The notes beneath the pieces are model-generated. The model saw only the letters and a program-made list of their open reading frames with translations, made no database searches and had not been told where the DNA came from. From NCBI GenBank assembly GCA_016183245.1, contig JACPEY010000033.1, forward strand, positions 1 through 52,818: a stretch of 52,818 nucleotides of DNA. The letters are read 5' to 3'. The DNA comes from Candidatus Daviesbacteria bacterium. Lineage in GTDB: Bacteria; Patescibacteriota; Microgenomatia; Daviesbacterales; UBA10151. The first letter of the stretch is position 1; the number at the start of each line of letters is the position of its first letter. The position numbers and the translations under genes were made by a program. Below are positions 50,981 to 52,818 of the stretch, in pieces.

Positions 50981-51751
50981 ATGAGCCATTTAAAAGATGG
51001 TCCCAGATGGAAACTCTTATTCATTACTGTAGTATTGGTGAGTATTTTTTCTGTTACTGTTTCTGATACTGATGGTTTCCAGCATTTACCACAGTTAAAT
51101 GACAGTCTCAAAAAATTGTTCCTGCAAATTGTTGTACTGTCGTTTTCTTTCTTTCTTTTGGCTTTTGTCCTGCCGTCTATACTTATGGTGATTGCAGAAA
51201 TACCCGGTAAATTTAAAAAATTTAAAAAATGCGATCTTTGCCAACAACCTGCTTATGATATTCTTTCTGGCAGCTCCAATAAGGATGAGAAAATGGGAAT
51301 ATTTTGCCGGCGTCATTTAATAGAAAGATATTCCCAACAATTTATTAAAACTTCTTTGAATTTTGTAATGGTTGAATTTCAGCCGCGGGCGACCCGTTAT
51401 ACAGGAGCTGTTTATGGTTATTACCCTGTTTCTCAGTTACAAAAATATTTTTTTAAAAAAGATGAACGTCAAATTGTAGAACAACTACTTGCAACTATCC
51501 TTGAAAAAAAATGCCGGTCTTGCGATAAGAAAGCCCAAGTGTTATTTATTTCCAAAGAAGCCGCACCTTGGGAAAAATATAATTGTTATCCTTTTTATGA
51601 GTATGCAGATAAAGGAGAATATCTCTGTTTGGAACATACTCTTAAAAGAATCCTCCCCAGCATTCAAAATAACCCTAAGCATTTTGATGATGGTGGAGGT
51701 TTATGGTTGCCGTACCTTGAAAATGGATATCAGGTAACCACAGAACTTTAG
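50981..51751 (+). CDS. Hypothetical two-TM membrane protein with duplicated CxxC...C..H zinc-ribbon-like motifs
   Basis: KCDLCQQ...FCRRH and KCRSCDKK...LCLEH. Co-directional with the SPFH gene, 21 nt downstream. Confidence 0.5.
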   Translation: MSHLKDGPRWKLLFITVVLVSIFSVTVSDTDGFQHLPQLNDSLKKLFLQIVVLSFSFFLLAFVLPSILMVIAEIPGKFKKFKKCDLCQQPAYDILSGSSNKDEKMGIFCRRHLIERYSQQFIKTSLNFVMVEFQPRATRYTGAVYGYYPVSQLQKYFFKKDERQIVEQLLATILEKKCRSCDKKAQVLFISKEAAPWEKYNCYPFYEYADKGEYLCLEHTLKRILPSIQNNPKHFDDGGGLWLPYLENGYQVTTEL

Positions 51752-52423
51752 TTACTTTATTACTTTTAAGAATTCTTCTGCCAACTGTCCTGTGTTTGAG
51801 GCAGGATTGTAGAAGTTTTTCCAGACCACCACAATATTGGCATCATTAAATATAGCCCTTTGTACCTCCCTTATAGTATCTCCGCCGGCAATTGAGATTA
51901 AGGTATTAAAACTGCTTCTGATTTTATTAATCTGTATATAGGGGACAGGTTTATTTTTATCAAAAGCTTCCTCATCCACCCCCCGGTGCAGTATGACAAC
52001 TGTCGGCATTTCTTTAAATTTTCGCATTATTTTAAATGGTTGTTCAACACCGATCATATCTACCATTGAGTCAAGGCCTGAATCCTGGCATGAGGCAATA
52101 AAATAATTAATTGTCTCCAAAGGTGCAGCGCCTAAGGCTGTGGCAGCATTGGCTCCTCCTTTTAGGGCAATTTGGACTTCAGTTTTACCCCGGTCCATGC
52201 ATTTGGTGTCTGCTACTATATAACTTTCAAAATCATTGCCTACTTGAAACTCCCAGGCATCTTTAAGCCTGCGGATTCCTTCTATGCCATATGCTTTGAC
52301 CAACGGCGTGCCTGCTTCTATAAGTATTCTTTCAGAAGATGGTAATTGGGAAATAATCTCCGCGCCTTCCCCGGGAGTGCTATTTAAAGCTATTTGTAAA
52401 TAACGTTTTTTTCGATCAAGCAT
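51752..52423 (-). CDS. 3-hexulose-6-phosphate synthase / OMP-decarboxylase-superfamily (HPS-like) protein
   Basis: YLQIALN..., IEAGTPLVKAYGIEGIR, ADTKCMDRG, GANAATALG, ISIAGG layout typical of HPS/KGPDC. Confidence 0.65.
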   Translation of the reverse strand: MLDRKKRYLQIALNSTPGEGAEIISQLPSSERILIEAGTPLVKAYGIEGIRRLKDAWEFQVGNDFESYIVADTKCMDRGKTEVQIALKGGANAATALGAAPLETINYFIASCQDSGLDSMVDMIGVEQPFKIMRKFKEMPTVVILHRGVDEEAFDKNKPVPYIQINKIRSSFNTLISIAGGDTIREVQRAIFNDANIVVVWKNFYNPASNTGQLAEEFLKVIK

Positions 52424-52512
52424 CTTAAAACTTATCTTATCCTATTGTTAATTTAAAACCAATACTTATTACTTTTTGACAAGGTAGAGTGGTTGTGTTT
52501 TACTGGATATAC

Positions 52513-52818
52513 ATGCCAAAACTCAGCCAGCGTGGTGTTGCCCATATCATGTTTCTTCTGTTGCTCGTGGCAGGATTAATAGTGGGAGTATATTTAATTA
52601 CTTCCAAAACTCCTTTTAATTTCTTACCCAAAGCTTCCTTATCCAAACCCACCGGTCCTGAAACCTCTTTTACTCTGGTTGGTCCAACAGGCTGTACTGC
52701 CGGTATACTTTGTGCTCTTTACGGCCAGCATGACCCGGGATCAGAGTTTGAGGTAAAACTGTATGCCAGGTCTGACATTGAAACAGCCAATTTATTTATA
52801 GCCAAGATGAAATTCCCT
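52513..52818 (+). CDS. N-terminal fragment of a membrane-anchored hypothetical protein (3' end outside the window)
   Basis: The ATG at 52513 opens a frame with no stop to the window edge. MPKLSQRGVAHIMFLLLLVAGLIVGVYLI is a signal/TM anchor. Not in the ORF track. Confidence 0.5.
   Translation, partial: MPKLSQRGVAHIMFLLLLVAGLIVGVYLITSKTPFNFLPKASLSKPTGPETSFTLVGPTGCTAGILCALYGQHDPGSEFEVKLYARSDIETANLFIAKMKFP

Overview
The window looks like the replication-origin neighbourhood of a small, AT-rich, gene-dense bacterial genome. It carries dnaN and dnaA on the minus strand, divergent from rpmH-rnpA-yidD-yidC-jag. The gene content suggests a Patescibacteria/CPR (Microgenomates-like) organism, based on a DUF4012 fusion protein, a short ValRS, an orphan solute-binding protein, a VanW protein and many toxin-antitoxin pairs. 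This taxonomic placement is inference only. All protein family calls come from reading motifs in the supplied translations; no search was run.

Housekeeping genes I recognise are dnaN, dnaA, rpmH (missing from the ORF track), rnpA, yidD, yidC, a split jag/khpB, rdgB-like, rnhA, rplY, valS, tsaD, rpmB, fmt, def, thpR-like, ahcY, a PfkB kinase, murB, groES and groEL.

Between these sit several accessory patches:
- Six apparent type II TA pairs: AbrB-Doc, two DUF433/DUF5615 pairs, RelE-like, and HicAB.
- A Fic gene flanked by a 34-nt direct repeat that duplicates the 3' end of its neighbour.
- A ParB-N-like 710-aa protein followed by a LAGLIDADG-like protein whose catalytic residues look degenerate.
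- A SAM-I-like riboswitch in front of an unusual three-gene operon.
- Several ORFan genes.

The observations I consider most worth a second look are:
1. Two dispersed repeat families sit in frame inside essential genes. One is a GTCATT...AATGAC palindromic MITE-like element. The other is blocks of heptanucleotide tandem repeats. Affected genes include valS, fmt, tsaD and groES.
2. A canonical A_AAA_AAG -1 slippery heptamer lies exactly where two overlapping ORFan frames would fuse.
3. The riboswitch-controlled operon.
4. The ParB-like/LAGLIDADG-like pair.
5. An extra ORF translationally coupled to groEL inside the groES-groEL spacer.

I saw no rRNA, tRNA or CRISPR array.
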